Below are positions 37,919 to 46,634 of a stretch of 64,000 nucleotides of DNA, piece after piece. The DNA lies in NCBI GenBank assembly GCA_022769485.1, contig JALEJU010000032.1:16440-80439 (forward strand), read 5' to 3'. The notes under the pieces were generated by a model, which was given only the letters and a program-made list of their open reading frames with translations, made no database searches and was not told the DNA's origin. The stretch is from Bacillota bacterium (GTDB lineage: Bacteria > Bacillota > Clostridia > Peptostreptococcales > Anaerovoracaceae). The stretch's first letter is position 1. Each line of letters starts with the position of its first letter. Made by a program: the position numbers and the translations under genes.

Positions 37919-40384
37919 TTATTTTTTGACTTCCAGGTTCAATTCCTTGATCGCGTCCTCACGCATTTTATATTTCAGAATTTTCCCTGCGGCGTTCATG
38001 GGGAAGCTGTCGGTAAAGGAAATATAGCGGGGAATCTTGTGCTTCGCCATATTTTGACGAACGTAATCCTTGATTTCCTCTTCCGTTGCTGTTTCGCCTT
38101 TTTTCAGAATAATGCAGGCCATGATTTCTTCTCCGTATCCGGGATCCGGTACGCCGATAACCTGAACATCTTCAACCTTTGGATGGGTATAAAGGAATTC
38201 TTCGATTTCCTTGGGATAGATATTTTCGCCGCCGCGGATGATCATATCTTTTAAACGTCCTGTAATTCGGAAATTTCCTTCCGGGGTTCTGCAGGCCAGA
38301 TCTCCTGTATGCAGCCAGCCTTTCTCATCGATGGCGGCTGCAGTTGCGCCGGGCATTTTGTAATATCCTTTCATGATATTATACCCTCGGGCTATAAATT
38401 CTCCGTTTTCGCCGTCCGGCATTTCCAGACCGGTTTCCGGATCCACAATTTTACATTCGATTTCCGGAAGGGGACGCCCTACGGTACTGACCCGTACATC
38501 AATAGGGTCGTCGGTACTGCTCATGGTGCAGCCCGGGGACGCTTCCGTCTGCCCGTAAACGATGGTTATTTCCTTCATATTCATCTTTTCCTGCACATCC
38601 TGCATAACGGAGATGGGGCAGGGGCTTCCGGCCATAATCCCGGTTCGCATATGAGAGAAGTCAACACTGTTGAAATCCTTATGCTGGAGCATGGCGATAA
38701 ACATGGTCGGAACACCGTGGAAGCAGGTAATCCGTTCCTGATTGATACAGGTTAAAGCCGGCTTCGGCGAGAAATACGGCAACGGGGACAGCATAGCGCT
38801 GTGGGTCATAGCCGCGGTCATAGCCAGTACCATGCCGAAGCAGTGGAACATGGGAACCTGAATCATCATGCGATCCGCAGTAGATAAATCCATCCGGTCG
38901 CCAATGCATTTTCCGTTGTTGACTACGTTCCTGTGGGTCAGCATAACCCCTTTGGGGAAACCGGTGGTTCCGGAGGTATACTGCATATTGCATACGTCGT
39001 CCGGATGAACCTGAGCGGCTCTGCGCCATACTTCTTCCACGGGAACTTTCTGCCCAAAAGCCAGCGCCTCTTCCCAGGTGAGACAGCCTTTCTGTTTGGA
39101 AGAAACCGTAATAATGCGGCGAAGGAAGGGCAGGCGGCTGCAGTGCAGCGGCGCGTTGGAGTCGGCGGTTTCCAATTCCGGACAAAGCTCTTTAATGGCG
39201 CCGATATAGTCGGAATCCCTCCAGCCGTCTATCATGATCAGAACACGGGTATCCGATTGGCGAAGCAAGTATTCGGCTTCCCGGATTTTATATGCCGTAT
39301 TCATAGTAACTAATACCGCGCCCAATTTTACAGTAGCCCAGAAAGCGATATACCACTGAGGAACATTGGTAGCCCAAACAGCCACATGATCGCCTGCTTT
39401 TACGCCCAAAGCAATCAAAGAACGGGCAAACTGATCTACATCTTCCCGGAATTCTGCGTAAGTTCTGGTGTAATCCAGCGTGGTGTAACGGAAAGCGTAT
39501 TGATCCGGGAATTCTTCCACAAGACGGTCGAGAACCTGGGGGAACGTCAGAGAGATCAATTTATCTTTGGGCCAGATGAACCAGCCGTCGCCACGCTTAT
39601 TTTCGCAGAGGCGGCCTGCTTTTTTGTCTTTGCCCAGATACGTATTCATGTAATTTACATAATGGGGACAGATGATCTCCGGGTCGTTAAGCCCCATATT
39701 GTCTTTCTCCGGCCAGATCAGGGAAAGAAAGCCGCTGTAGCCGATGGAGTTAAGCGCACTGATCATATCGGCGAGGGGCAGCTCGCCGTCGCCGATGAGG
39801 CAGTCGTGCTTTTCACTTCCATGCCGGAAATCCCGGACATGAACGTGCTTAATATAAGCGCCCAGGTTTTTTACGGTTTCTTCCGCGCTTTCTCCTTTTA
39901 AATAAGGACCGCGGAGATTCCAGAGCGCCCCCAGCCAGTCGCTGGCGAATCGATCCAGAAGAGCGCTTAATTTGGATGTATCCGCATAAAGTCCGCGGGT
40001 TTCCATAAGCAGGATGGTATCTTCTTCCTCTGCAATGGGAATCAATTTTTCCAAAGCTTTAATGATTTCTTCTTCCTGCTGTCCCTCCTGCTTCGGAGCC
40101 GGAAGATGGACGTAAGGAATCTGCAGAGCGCCCGCCAGCATAACCGCAGATGCGGCGTCTTTAAAGTCAACAGCCGAGAGGCAGGGGACAGAGAGTTCCA
40201 TCTGATTCAGTTTTCGAATCAGGTTCTGGCTGTCCGCAATGGCGTAGGGACCTGTTAAGTAACGTTCTTTTGCGGCTTCCTGAAAGAGCAGTTCCACACC
40301 GGAAAAACCCATTTCTTTTGCCAGAGAAAAGTGTTCGGACCAGGAGTAACCGGGCCATCCATGATTTGAGTAACAGAGCTTCAT
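37919..40384 (-). CDS. fusion protein: xylose-isomerase-like TIM barrel (N, ~250 aa) plus AMP-forming acyl-CoA synthetase (C, ~560 aa)
   Basis: The N-terminal GFSGVEL...HVHVRD pattern fits sugar-phosphate isomerase/epimerase-like TIM barrels. The C-terminal part has YTSGTTGFPKGVMLTH, GYGQTE-like QTEASP, TGDL and the final KILK of the ANL superfamily. It is one continuous ORF. Confidence 0.8.
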   Translation of the reverse strand: MKLCYSNHGWPGYSWSEHFSLAKEMGFSGVELLFQEAAKERYLTGPYAIADSQNLIRKLNQMELSVPCLSAVDFKDAASAVMLAGALQIPYVHLPAPKQEGQQEEEIIKALEKLIPIAEEEDTILLMETRGLYADTSKLSALLDRFASDWLGALWNLRGPYLKGESAEETVKNLGAYIKHVHVRDFRHGSEKHDCLIGDGELPLADMISALNSIGYSGFLSLIWPEKDNMGLNDPEIICPHYVNYMNTYLGKDKKAGRLCENKRGDGWFIWPKDKLISLTFPQVLDRLVEEFPDQYAFRYTTLDYTRTYAEFREDVDQFARSLIALGVKAGDHVAVWATNVPQWYIAFWATVKLGAVLVTMNTAYKIREAEYLLRQSDTRVLIMIDGWRDSDYIGAIKELCPELETADSNAPLHCSRLPFLRRIITVSSKQKGCLTWEEALAFGQKVPVEEVWRRAAQVHPDDVCNMQYTSGTTGFPKGVMLTHRNVVNNGKCIGDRMDLSTADRMMIQVPMFHCFGMVLAMTAAMTHSAMLSPLPYFSPKPALTCINQERITCFHGVPTMFIAMLQHKDFNSVDFSHMRTGIMAGSPCPISVMQDVQEKMNMKEITIVYGQTEASPGCTMSSTDDPIDVRVSTVGRPLPEIECKIVDPETGLEMPDGENGEFIARGYNIMKGYYKMPGATAAAIDEKGWLHTGDLACRTPEGNFRITGRLKDMIIRGGENIYPKEIEEFLYTHPKVEDVQVIGVPDPGYGEEIMACIILKKGETATEEEIKDYVRQNMAKHKIPRYISFTDSFPMNAAGKILKYKMREDAIKELNLEVKK

Positions 40385-41820
40385 GATTCTTTTTCCTCAT
40401 ACACAATTTTGTTGACGGCGTTCAAATACGCGTTGATGCTGGCGCCTATAATATCAGTAGAGAGCCCGTGGCCGGAGTACAGTTTTCCATTGTGACGGAG
40501 CTTAACCAGCGCGTCGCCCATGGCTTCCCTGCCTTCGGTGACTGCCTGAATCTGGAAATCGTCCAGTTCGAAATGACGACCCAAAAGCTGTTCGATGGTA
40601 AGGAAGGCCGCGTCGATGGGGCCGTCCCCGGTGGAAACGGTTTGGCGTACTTCATCTTCCCGGTTAATTCTCACCTTTATGCAGGCGGTAGCCGCGATAG
40701 AATTCCCGCTGTTGATCACATAATGAACCAACTGGTAAGTAGGGGAAACCTGTTGGGTGCTCTCTGCGATGATCGCTTCCAGATCCCGATTATCCACTTT
40801 TTTCTTGGATGCCAGACGGTGGAATTGTCGGTAAACCTGCTCCAGATCCTTTTCTTCCAGATCGTATCCAAGCTTTTCCACCCTCCGGCGGATTACCAGC
40901 AGATCCGAATCCACGGTCAACTCTTCTTTTGCCAGGTTATCTTCTGTTTCGGGAGAACCCACCGTATGAGAAAACACGGATTTTCCGGTACGATTCATGC
41001 CCATCAGCCGTTCAATCTGCTTGCAGCTTCTTTGCAGGCCGGTAGCGTTTACTTCAAAACAGATACCCAGAGCGTCTTCCCGAACCCGAAGGGTATGGAT
41101 GAGCTCTTCTAAAGATAATGCGTTTCCGATCCCGCCGCAGGTTGTTTTTAAATGGGTGATTCCTGCGGAAACCGCGGACAGGGCGTTGGCAGTTGCCAGT
41201 CCCAGCTCATCTTTGCATTGGAAAGCCAGAGTAATATCGCTGCATTCCGGAACTTCTTTCCGCAGCTGAGATATCAGGTTCGTAATTTCCTGGGGGAGTA
41301 TTTCCCCGGCAGAGTCGCATAATGTTACGGTTTTTACTCCGCTTTTAATTGCTGCGGCTACTGCCTTATGCAGAAATTCACTTTCGCTTCTGGTAGCGTC
41401 TTCAGCAGAAAATTCCACGTCGGGGCAAAGGGAAACGCAGTAAGCGGACAGCTCTTCAATGCGTTCCAGCATAGCGGCCGGTTTTGTGTGGTGAACGTAT
41501 TCCATCTGAATTGCGGAAGTGGGAACAACCAGGTTGATTCTCGGATGTGCCGCTCCGGACAGCGCTTTCCAGGCTTTGTCGATGGCATCCCGATCCAGTC
41601 CTACCGGAACACAGAGTACGGAATTTTTTAAAAAACCGGCTATGGTGCGCACCGTAATGGTTCCCACCTGTTCGTCTTTAAGGAATCCGGTTTCGATCAC
41701 ATCCACATGAAGTTTTTCTAAAATCTTTGCAATTTCAATCTGTTCTTTAAAGCTCAAGCCGGAAGCAGAATCCAATTCTCTTTCCCGCAGAGTAATATCG
41801 GTAATACGAATTTTTTGCAC
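40381..41820 (-). CDS. 2-isopropylmalate synthase paralog with degenerate metal-binding residues and a retained LeuA-type C-terminal domain
   Basis: HMGL-like barrel (EFSAEDATR, DSAG) plus a LeuA_dimer-like C-terminus. The DTTLRDGEQ motif reads DITLRERE, and the HxHND motif reads QCKDE (41200-41220). It overlaps the downstream gene as ATGA. Confidence 0.75.
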   Translation of the reverse strand: MQKIRITDITLRERELDSASGLSFKEQIEIAKILEKLHVDVIETGFLKDEQVGTITVRTIAGFLKNSVLCVPVGLDRDAIDKAWKALSGAAHPRINLVVPTSAIQMEYVHHTKPAAMLERIEELSAYCVSLCPDVEFSAEDATRSESEFLHKAVAAAIKSGVKTVTLCDSAGEILPQEITNLISQLRKEVPECSDITLAFQCKDELGLATANALSAVSAGITHLKTTCGGIGNALSLEELIHTLRVREDALGICFEVNATGLQRSCKQIERLMGMNRTGKSVFSHTVGSPETEDNLAKEELTVDSDLLVIRRRVEKLGYDLEEKDLEQVYRQFHRLASKKKVDNRDLEAIIAESTQQVSPTYQLVHYVINSGNSIAATACIKVRINREDEVRQTVSTGDGPIDAAFLTIEQLLGRHFELDDFQIQAVTEGREAMGDALVKLRHNGKLYSGHGLSTDIIGASINAYLNAVNKIVYEEKES

Positions 41821-41836
41821 CGGGTAATCCTCCTTT

Positions 41837-42913
41837 TTATACGGTTACGGTCCATCCCATTTCATCTTTTACTGCGCCGGTCTGAATTCCGTAAAGCGTG
41901 TCATAAAGCTTCTGGGAAACAGGGCCGACTTCTCCTTCTCCGATTTCCAGTGACTGGCCTTTGTACACCAATCTGCCGATGGGGGAGATTACCGCAGCGG
42001 TTCCCGTCGCAAATACTTCCTGCAGCCGTCCTTCTTTTGCAGCTGTAAAAAGATCTTCCATAGAGAGACGTTCTTCCTTGACCGTATAACCCCAGTTTCT
42101 CAGGAGCTGCAGAACGGAATTTCTGGTAATGCCGGGTAAAATAGTGCCTGTCAAGGGAGCGGTGATGATCTCGTTATCGATCATAAAAAACGCATTGGAG
42201 GTTCCGATTTCTTCTACATATTTCTTTTCGATGGCATCCAGCCAGAGAACCTGCTCACAGCCGTTGGCATGGGCTTTCTCCTGCGCTTTCAGAGCACCCG
42301 CGTAGTTTCCGCCTACTTTTGCGTAGCCGGTTCCGCCGGGAACGGATCGAACGTATTCGTCTTCCACGAAAATGCTGTTGGCTACCAGACCGCCGTTGCT
42401 GCTTTCATAATAAGAGCCTACGGGGCTGAGAATGATCACAAAGAGATAGTGGTTGGAGGGTCTTACGCCTAAAAACGCCTCATCGCCGATGATAAAGGGG
42501 CGAATATAGAGAGCGGTTCCGGGCTGATCCGGAATCCAGTCCCGTTCCACATCTACCAGGGCCTTGATACAAGCGACATAAAGATCTTCATCCATCTGCG
42601 GCATGCACATGCGGTCGTTTGTGGCGTTGGTACGCTTTGCATTCATATCCGGACGGAACAGAAGAACTTTACCTTCCGCAGTTTTATATGCTTTCAGCCC
42701 TTCGAACATCTCTTGACCGTAATGGAAAACCACTGCGGCAGGATCCATCTGCAGGGGACCGTAAGGAACGATGCGGCCGTCATGCCAGCCTTTTTCTGTA
42801 TCATAATCCATCAGGAACATATGGTCGGTGAAAATTTTACCGAAACCAAGGGACTTCGGATCCGGTTTTTCTTTCGGAGTATCAGTGAGTGTTTTTTTGA
42901 ATTCGTAATTCAT
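41837..42913 (-). CDS. ilvE: branched-chain amino acid aminotransferase
   Basis: 358 aa, fold-type IV PLP enzyme pattern (FEGLKAY, GGTGYAKVGGNYA, GITR), as in long-form IlvE. Confidence 0.9.
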   Translation of the reverse strand: MNYEFKKTLTDTPKEKPDPKSLGFGKIFTDHMFLMDYDTEKGWHDGRIVPYGPLQMDPAAVVFHYGQEMFEGLKAYKTAEGKVLLFRPDMNAKRTNATNDRMCMPQMDEDLYVACIKALVDVERDWIPDQPGTALYIRPFIIGDEAFLGVRPSNHYLFVIILSPVGSYYESSNGGLVANSIFVEDEYVRSVPGGTGYAKVGGNYAGALKAQEKAHANGCEQVLWLDAIEKKYVEEIGTSNAFFMIDNEIITAPLTGTILPGITRNSVLQLLRNWGYTVKEERLSMEDLFTAAKEGRLQEVFATGTAAVISPIGRLVYKGQSLEIGEGEVGPVSQKLYDTLYGIQTGAVKDEMGWTVTV

Positions 42914-42929
42914 TTTTTACCTCCATTAT

Positions 42930-43463
42930 CTATTCACATTTGAATGCTTTGATCGCTCTGCGGTTCAAATCAAGGTGCTTTGCTTTCTTTCCGGAGAAGA
43001 CTTTCTGCAGGACGTATTCGATGGCTTCTTCCGATAAAATTTTGGTAGCGGATAAAATGGCTCCGAACATAACCATGTTGGCCGCCTTCGTATTTCCCAG
43101 TTCGTTTGCCAGTTCGCTGCAGGGAACTTTATAGATGGAAATATCTGACCGGATGGGTTCTGTCTGAACCAGAGACTGGTTGATAAACAGATTTCCGCCG
43201 GGTTTAACCAAGCGTTCAAAGCTTTGCAGAGACGGTTGATTCATAGCGATCACGGTGTCTGCCTCGTAAATCATGGGGCAGTTGATTTTTTCATCGGATA
43301 CGATTACGGTGCAGTTGGCCGTGCCTCCCCGCATCTCGGGACCGTAGGAAGGCATAAAGGTAACTTCTTTGTTATCATACATACCGCCGTATGCCAGCAT
43401 TTGTCCCATAAGCAGGATGCCCTGGCCGCCGGCACCGGCGAAAAAGAATTTATTCGTACTCAT
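42930..43463 (-). CDS. 2-oxoacid:ferredoxin oxidoreductase, gamma subunit
   Basis: FAGAGGQGILLMG and SYGPEMRGG motifs. Confidence 0.85.
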   Translation of the reverse strand: MSTNKFFFAGAGGQGILLMGQMLAYGGMYDNKEVTFMPSYGPEMRGGTANCTVIVSDEKINCPMIYEADTVIAMNQPSLQSFERLVKPGGNLFINQSLVQTEPIRSDISIYKVPCSELANELGNTKAANMVMFGAILSATKILSEEAIEYVLQKVFSGKKAKHLDLNRRAIKAFKCE

Positions 43464-43464
43464 A

Positions 43465-44208
43465 TTAGTCCTCCTCCGGTGTTCTGAAATTGCCTAACGG
43501 ATAATAAGGAATCATTTCATCTCTCATCCACTGTAAAGCGTCTGCGGGTGTTTTGCCCCAGTTGGTCGGACAGGAAGAAAGGAATTCCACAAATGTAAAG
43601 CCCAAACCTTTTTCCTGAATTTCCAGCGCTTTCATAACGGCCTTTTTGGCTTGCCGAACGTGAGCGGGGGTATCCAGAGAAACCCGTTCTACGAATACCG
43701 CACCTTCCAGCGTGGCGATCAGCTCGGATACGCGGATGGGAGCGCCAGCCTGTTCTTTTGTGCGTCCGTTGACGGAAGTGGTAGAGCGCTGTCCCAGCAG
43801 GGTGGTGGGAGCCATCTGGCCGCCGGTCATACCGTAGATACAGTTGTTGATAAAAAATGTAGTAAAGTGTTCGCCTCTTGCTGCGGCGTGGATGATTTCC
43901 GCCATACCGATGGAAGCCAGGTCGCCGTCGCCCTGGTATGTGAAAACGATGCGGTCAGGCTGTGCCCGGCGGATGCCGCTGGCAACAGCGGGAGCTCTGC
44001 CGTGAGCCGCTTCGCACATATCTATATTCATAAATTGATGAGCCAGTACACTGCATCCGATTGGTGCAACGCCGATGGTGTCGCCTAATTTTCCTTTTTC
44101 CTCAAGACATTCCATAATCAGGCGATGGGCAATGCCGTGGGTGCAGCCGGGGCAGTAACTTGTGGAAACGGGAAGCATTCCCTTTGTATAAGTAAATACC
44201 GGTTTCAT
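43465..44208 (-). CDS. 2-oxoacid:ferredoxin oxidoreductase, beta (TPP-binding) subunit
   Basis: CPGCTHG, GDGD and NNCIYGMTGGQ motifs. Confidence 0.9.
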   Translation of the reverse strand: MKPVFTYTKGMLPVSTSYCPGCTHGIAHRLIMECLEEKGKLGDTIGVAPIGCSVLAHQFMNIDMCEAAHGRAPAVASGIRRAQPDRIVFTYQGDGDLASIGMAEIIHAAARGEHFTTFFINNCIYGMTGGQMAPTTLLGQRSTTSVNGRTKEQAGAPIRVSELIATLEGAVFVERVSLDTPAHVRQAKKAVMKALEIQEKGLGFTFVEFLSSCPTNWGKTPADALQWMRDEMIPYYPLGNFRTPEED

Positions 44209-45284
44209 TTTAATCCCTCCAAAATCTTCTTCGCTTTTTCTGCAACTTCCAGGGAAGTGGGAATGATGCCGCCGGTTCTGTGAATCAGTTCAACCGGGAA
44301 TCGTCCGCACACGCCCATTTTTACGTCCTGGAGCATCTGTCCCATAGATAATTCCGCTGAAATGACGACTTTCGTTTTGCTTTCAATCCGGTCAAATGCT
44401 TCGTACGGGAAGGGCCACAGAGAAATGGGACGGATCATGCCTGCTTTGATTCCTTCTTTTGCTAAGAGCTCTATAACCTCGTGAATCAGACGAGCCATGG
44501 TTCCAAAGGCAGTGAATACGATGTCCGCATCTTCTAAGCCGATGCATTCGTAACGAACCAGTTCTTTTTCAGCTTGTGCATACTTTTCATACAGCTTTTC
44601 CACATGAACTTCCAGGTCTTCCGGTTTTAAACGGAGGGATTTTACCACGCTGCGGTTTTCTTTGTAGCCGCTGCCGCTGGCCGCCCAGGGTTTTACTTTG
44701 GGAACATCGCCGGGGAGAAGGGGGGCTTTGGGTTCGGGAAGAACGACAGGCTCCATCATCTGTCCCATAATACCGTCGGCGAGAATCATAACAGGGTTTC
44801 TCCAATAGTCTGCCATAGAGGGTGCTTCGTAGAGAATATCCACGGCTTCCTGGATTGTGGAAGGCGCGAAAACCGGAATCCGGTAGTCGCCGTTTCCGCC
44901 GCCTCTGGTAACCTGAAAATAGTCTGCTTGTCCGGGCTGGATGCCGCCGATTCCCGGACCGCAGCGGGATACGTTCAAAAGTACCGCCGGAACTTCTGCG
45001 GAAGCCAGAAAGCTCATTCCTTCCTGCATGAGGGCAATACCGGGAGAGGAAGAGGAAATAAAACAGCTTCCTCCTGCGGCTCCGCAGCCGTAGGCCATAT
45101 TGATTGCTCCCAGTTCACTTTCCGCTTGCAGGAACGTTCCGCCTCTTTCGGCCAGTTCCCTGGACATATATTCGGGAATTTCACTCTGAGGGGTAATCGG
45201 GTAGCCGAAATAATAACGGCAGCCGCCTCGGATGACTGCTTCTGCGAAAGCTTCGTTTCCTTTCATTAATACCTTTTCTGCCAT
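44205..45284 (-). CDS. 2-oxoacid:ferredoxin oxidoreductase, alpha subunit
   Basis: GNEAFAEAVIRGGCRYYFGYPITPQSEI is the typical N-terminus. It overlaps the beta-subunit gene by 4 nt. Confidence 0.9.
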   Translation of the reverse strand: MAEKVLMKGNEAFAEAVIRGGCRYYFGYPITPQSEIPEYMSRELAERGGTFLQAESELGAINMAYGCGAAGGSCFISSSSPGIALMQEGMSFLASAEVPAVLLNVSRCGPGIGGIQPGQADYFQVTRGGGNGDYRIPVFAPSTIQEAVDILYEAPSMADYWRNPVMILADGIMGQMMEPVVLPEPKAPLLPGDVPKVKPWAASGSGYKENRSVVKSLRLKPEDLEVHVEKLYEKYAQAEKELVRYECIGLEDADIVFTAFGTMARLIHEVIELLAKEGIKAGMIRPISLWPFPYEAFDRIESKTKVVISAELSMGQMLQDVKMGVCGRFPVELIHRTGGIIPTSLEVAEKAKKILEGLK

Positions 45285-45502
45285 TATGCTTCCTCCTCAA
45301 AAATTTCAATCGCGCCATCGGGGCACATTACAGCGCAGCTGGTGCAGCCGACGCATTCTTCCTGCCGCTCCACAGACGCGGGGAAATATCCTTTGCCGTT
45401 AACGTGGGAACCCATGACGATCAGGTCTTTGGGGCAAACTGTTTTGCACAGTTCACAGCCTTTGCATTTGTCCGCATCAATGCGAACCACATATTTTGCC
45501 AT
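45284..45502 (-). CDS. 2-oxoacid:ferredoxin oxidoreductase, delta (2x[4Fe-4S] ferredoxin) subunit
   Basis: Two cysteine clusters, CKGCELCKTVCP and CVGCTSCAVMCP. ATG 45502 is preceded by AAAGGAG. It overlaps the alpha-subunit gene start. Confidence 0.85.
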   Translation of the reverse strand: MAKYVVRIDADKCKGCELCKTVCPKDLIVMGSHVNGKGYFPASVERQEECVGCTSCAVMCPDGAIEIFEEEA

Positions 45503-45559
45503 TAGTGATGCTCCTTTCAAATCGTAACAATAGTTCTATATTAATTGAATTTAATCTGC

Positions 45560-46282
45560 TTATTTGTCCAGCCATTCCGGGCGCATATATAATTGAAGCG
45601 GAAAAATCAATGTGTCCAAAAATTCCAGCTCCTGCGCAGAGACCAGAGGTTCCGGAAACGTATCACAGATAATGGGTTTTCCGGTTTTTTCGGAAAGCGC
45701 TTTGCAGAGTTCATGTCCTTTTTTTATATCCTCCGCTGTGGTTTCCCGAAGCAGGTGTGTATTGTTGATCAGACCTTTTACCTCTGTTTCCAGTTCTGTT
45801 TCGATGGCGTACAGGTGTTTTAAAGCACCGTTTAAATTTCTGGTTTCCGGGCGGTTTCGGTTAATGACGGTCAGAAGGATGGATTCTTCTGTTTGAAAAT
45901 ACTTTCGAAATTGCTTCAGTACCCGAGCGCCGCTGTCGTTTCCGCCGATATCCAGAATCGCGCAGCAGTCGGGATTTTCTAAAGGCGTCCGGATGGATGC
46001 GGACAGAGCGGGAAGCTCTGCTGTGATTTCTCCCCGGTACGCACTTCCGAATACCTGAATCCCGCTGGCCTCCAGAATTTCCGTACGTTCCCGGGAGCGG
46101 AAATAAGGATTTGCAACGTCTAAGTCTACTAAAGAGACTTCCTTAAAAGGACAGTGCATTTCATCGTTTTTTAATGCCAGAGCCAGATTGACCGCAAACT
46201 CTGTTTTTCCGCTACCGTAATGTCCGGTTATGACAATAATTCTCTTTTTCGTGTCAAAGAGATAGGGCATAGGCTGTTTCAT
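45560..46282 (-). CDS. P-loop NTPase (MinD/ParA/CooC-like), first gene of the oxidoreductase operon
   Basis: Walker A ITGHYGSGKTEF, followed by DLD and DIGGND patterns. I recognise no specific family. Confidence 0.6.
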   Translation of the reverse strand: MKQPMPYLFDTKKRIIVITGHYGSGKTEFAVNLALALKNDEMHCPFKEVSLVDLDVANPYFRSRERTEILEASGIQVFGSAYRGEITAELPALSASIRTPLENPDCCAILDIGGNDSGARVLKQFRKYFQTEESILLTVINRNRPETRNLNGALKHLYAIETELETEVKGLINNTHLLRETTAEDIKKGHELCKALSEKTGKPIICDTFPEPLVSAQELEFLDTLIFPLQLYMRPEWLDK

Positions 46283-46325
46283 AAAATATCCTTTCAGCGC
46301 GGCTCAAATTTCTCTCACCGTTCAT

Positions 46326-46360
46326 TTATAAAAGAAACCCCGCTCACTAAGAACGGGGTT
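46326..46360 (-). terminator. intrinsic terminator / candidate attenuator between the leader ORF and the operon
   Basis: On the minus strand, AACCCCG pairs with CGGGGTT around an 11-nt loop and is followed by TCTTTTAT. It ends about 45 nt before the first operon ATG, and I see no promoter in between. Confidence 0.55.
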
Positions 46361-46383
46361 GTGCTTACAACTATGATTATAAA

Positions 46384-46536
46384 CTAACAATTGCCTATTC
46401 TCAGTGTACCTGTGTTTTCATCAGATTTAGCTGCCAGCAGAATGCTAAGCAACAGAACCAGACCCAGCAATACAACGATTGCAGGGCTAATCAGCAGATC
46501 CAGGTTGTTGAGAACATGCATATAAGTTTTCATCAT
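46384..46536 (-). CDS. unannotated 50-codon ORF rich in Leu/Ile/Val (MMKTYMHVLNNLDLLISPAIVVLLGLVLLLSILLAAKSDENTGTLRIGNC); leader-peptide candidate
   Basis: The ORF runs from ATG 46536 to TAG 46384-46386, downstream of a minus-strand promoter and upstream of the terminator. By my count 22 of its 50 residues are L, I or V. The RBS is weak. Confidence 0.4.
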   Translation of the reverse strand: MMKTYMHVLNNLDLLISPAIVVLLGLVLLLSILLAAKSDENTGTLRIGNC

Positions 46537-46606
46537 TTTAATCTCAATTTCCTTTTCGTACGGTAAACAGCCTCCTTCTCAGCGGCTGCATAATTATCAC
46601 GCAAGT

Positions 46607-46634
46607 AGAATACCAAGAAAATTTAAGGTTGTCA
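46607..46634 (-). promoter_or_regulatory. candidate sigma-A promoter for the minus-strand leader and operon
   Basis: On the minus strand: TTGACA (46634-46629), a 16-nt spacer, then TATTCT (46612-46607). Confidence 0.5.
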
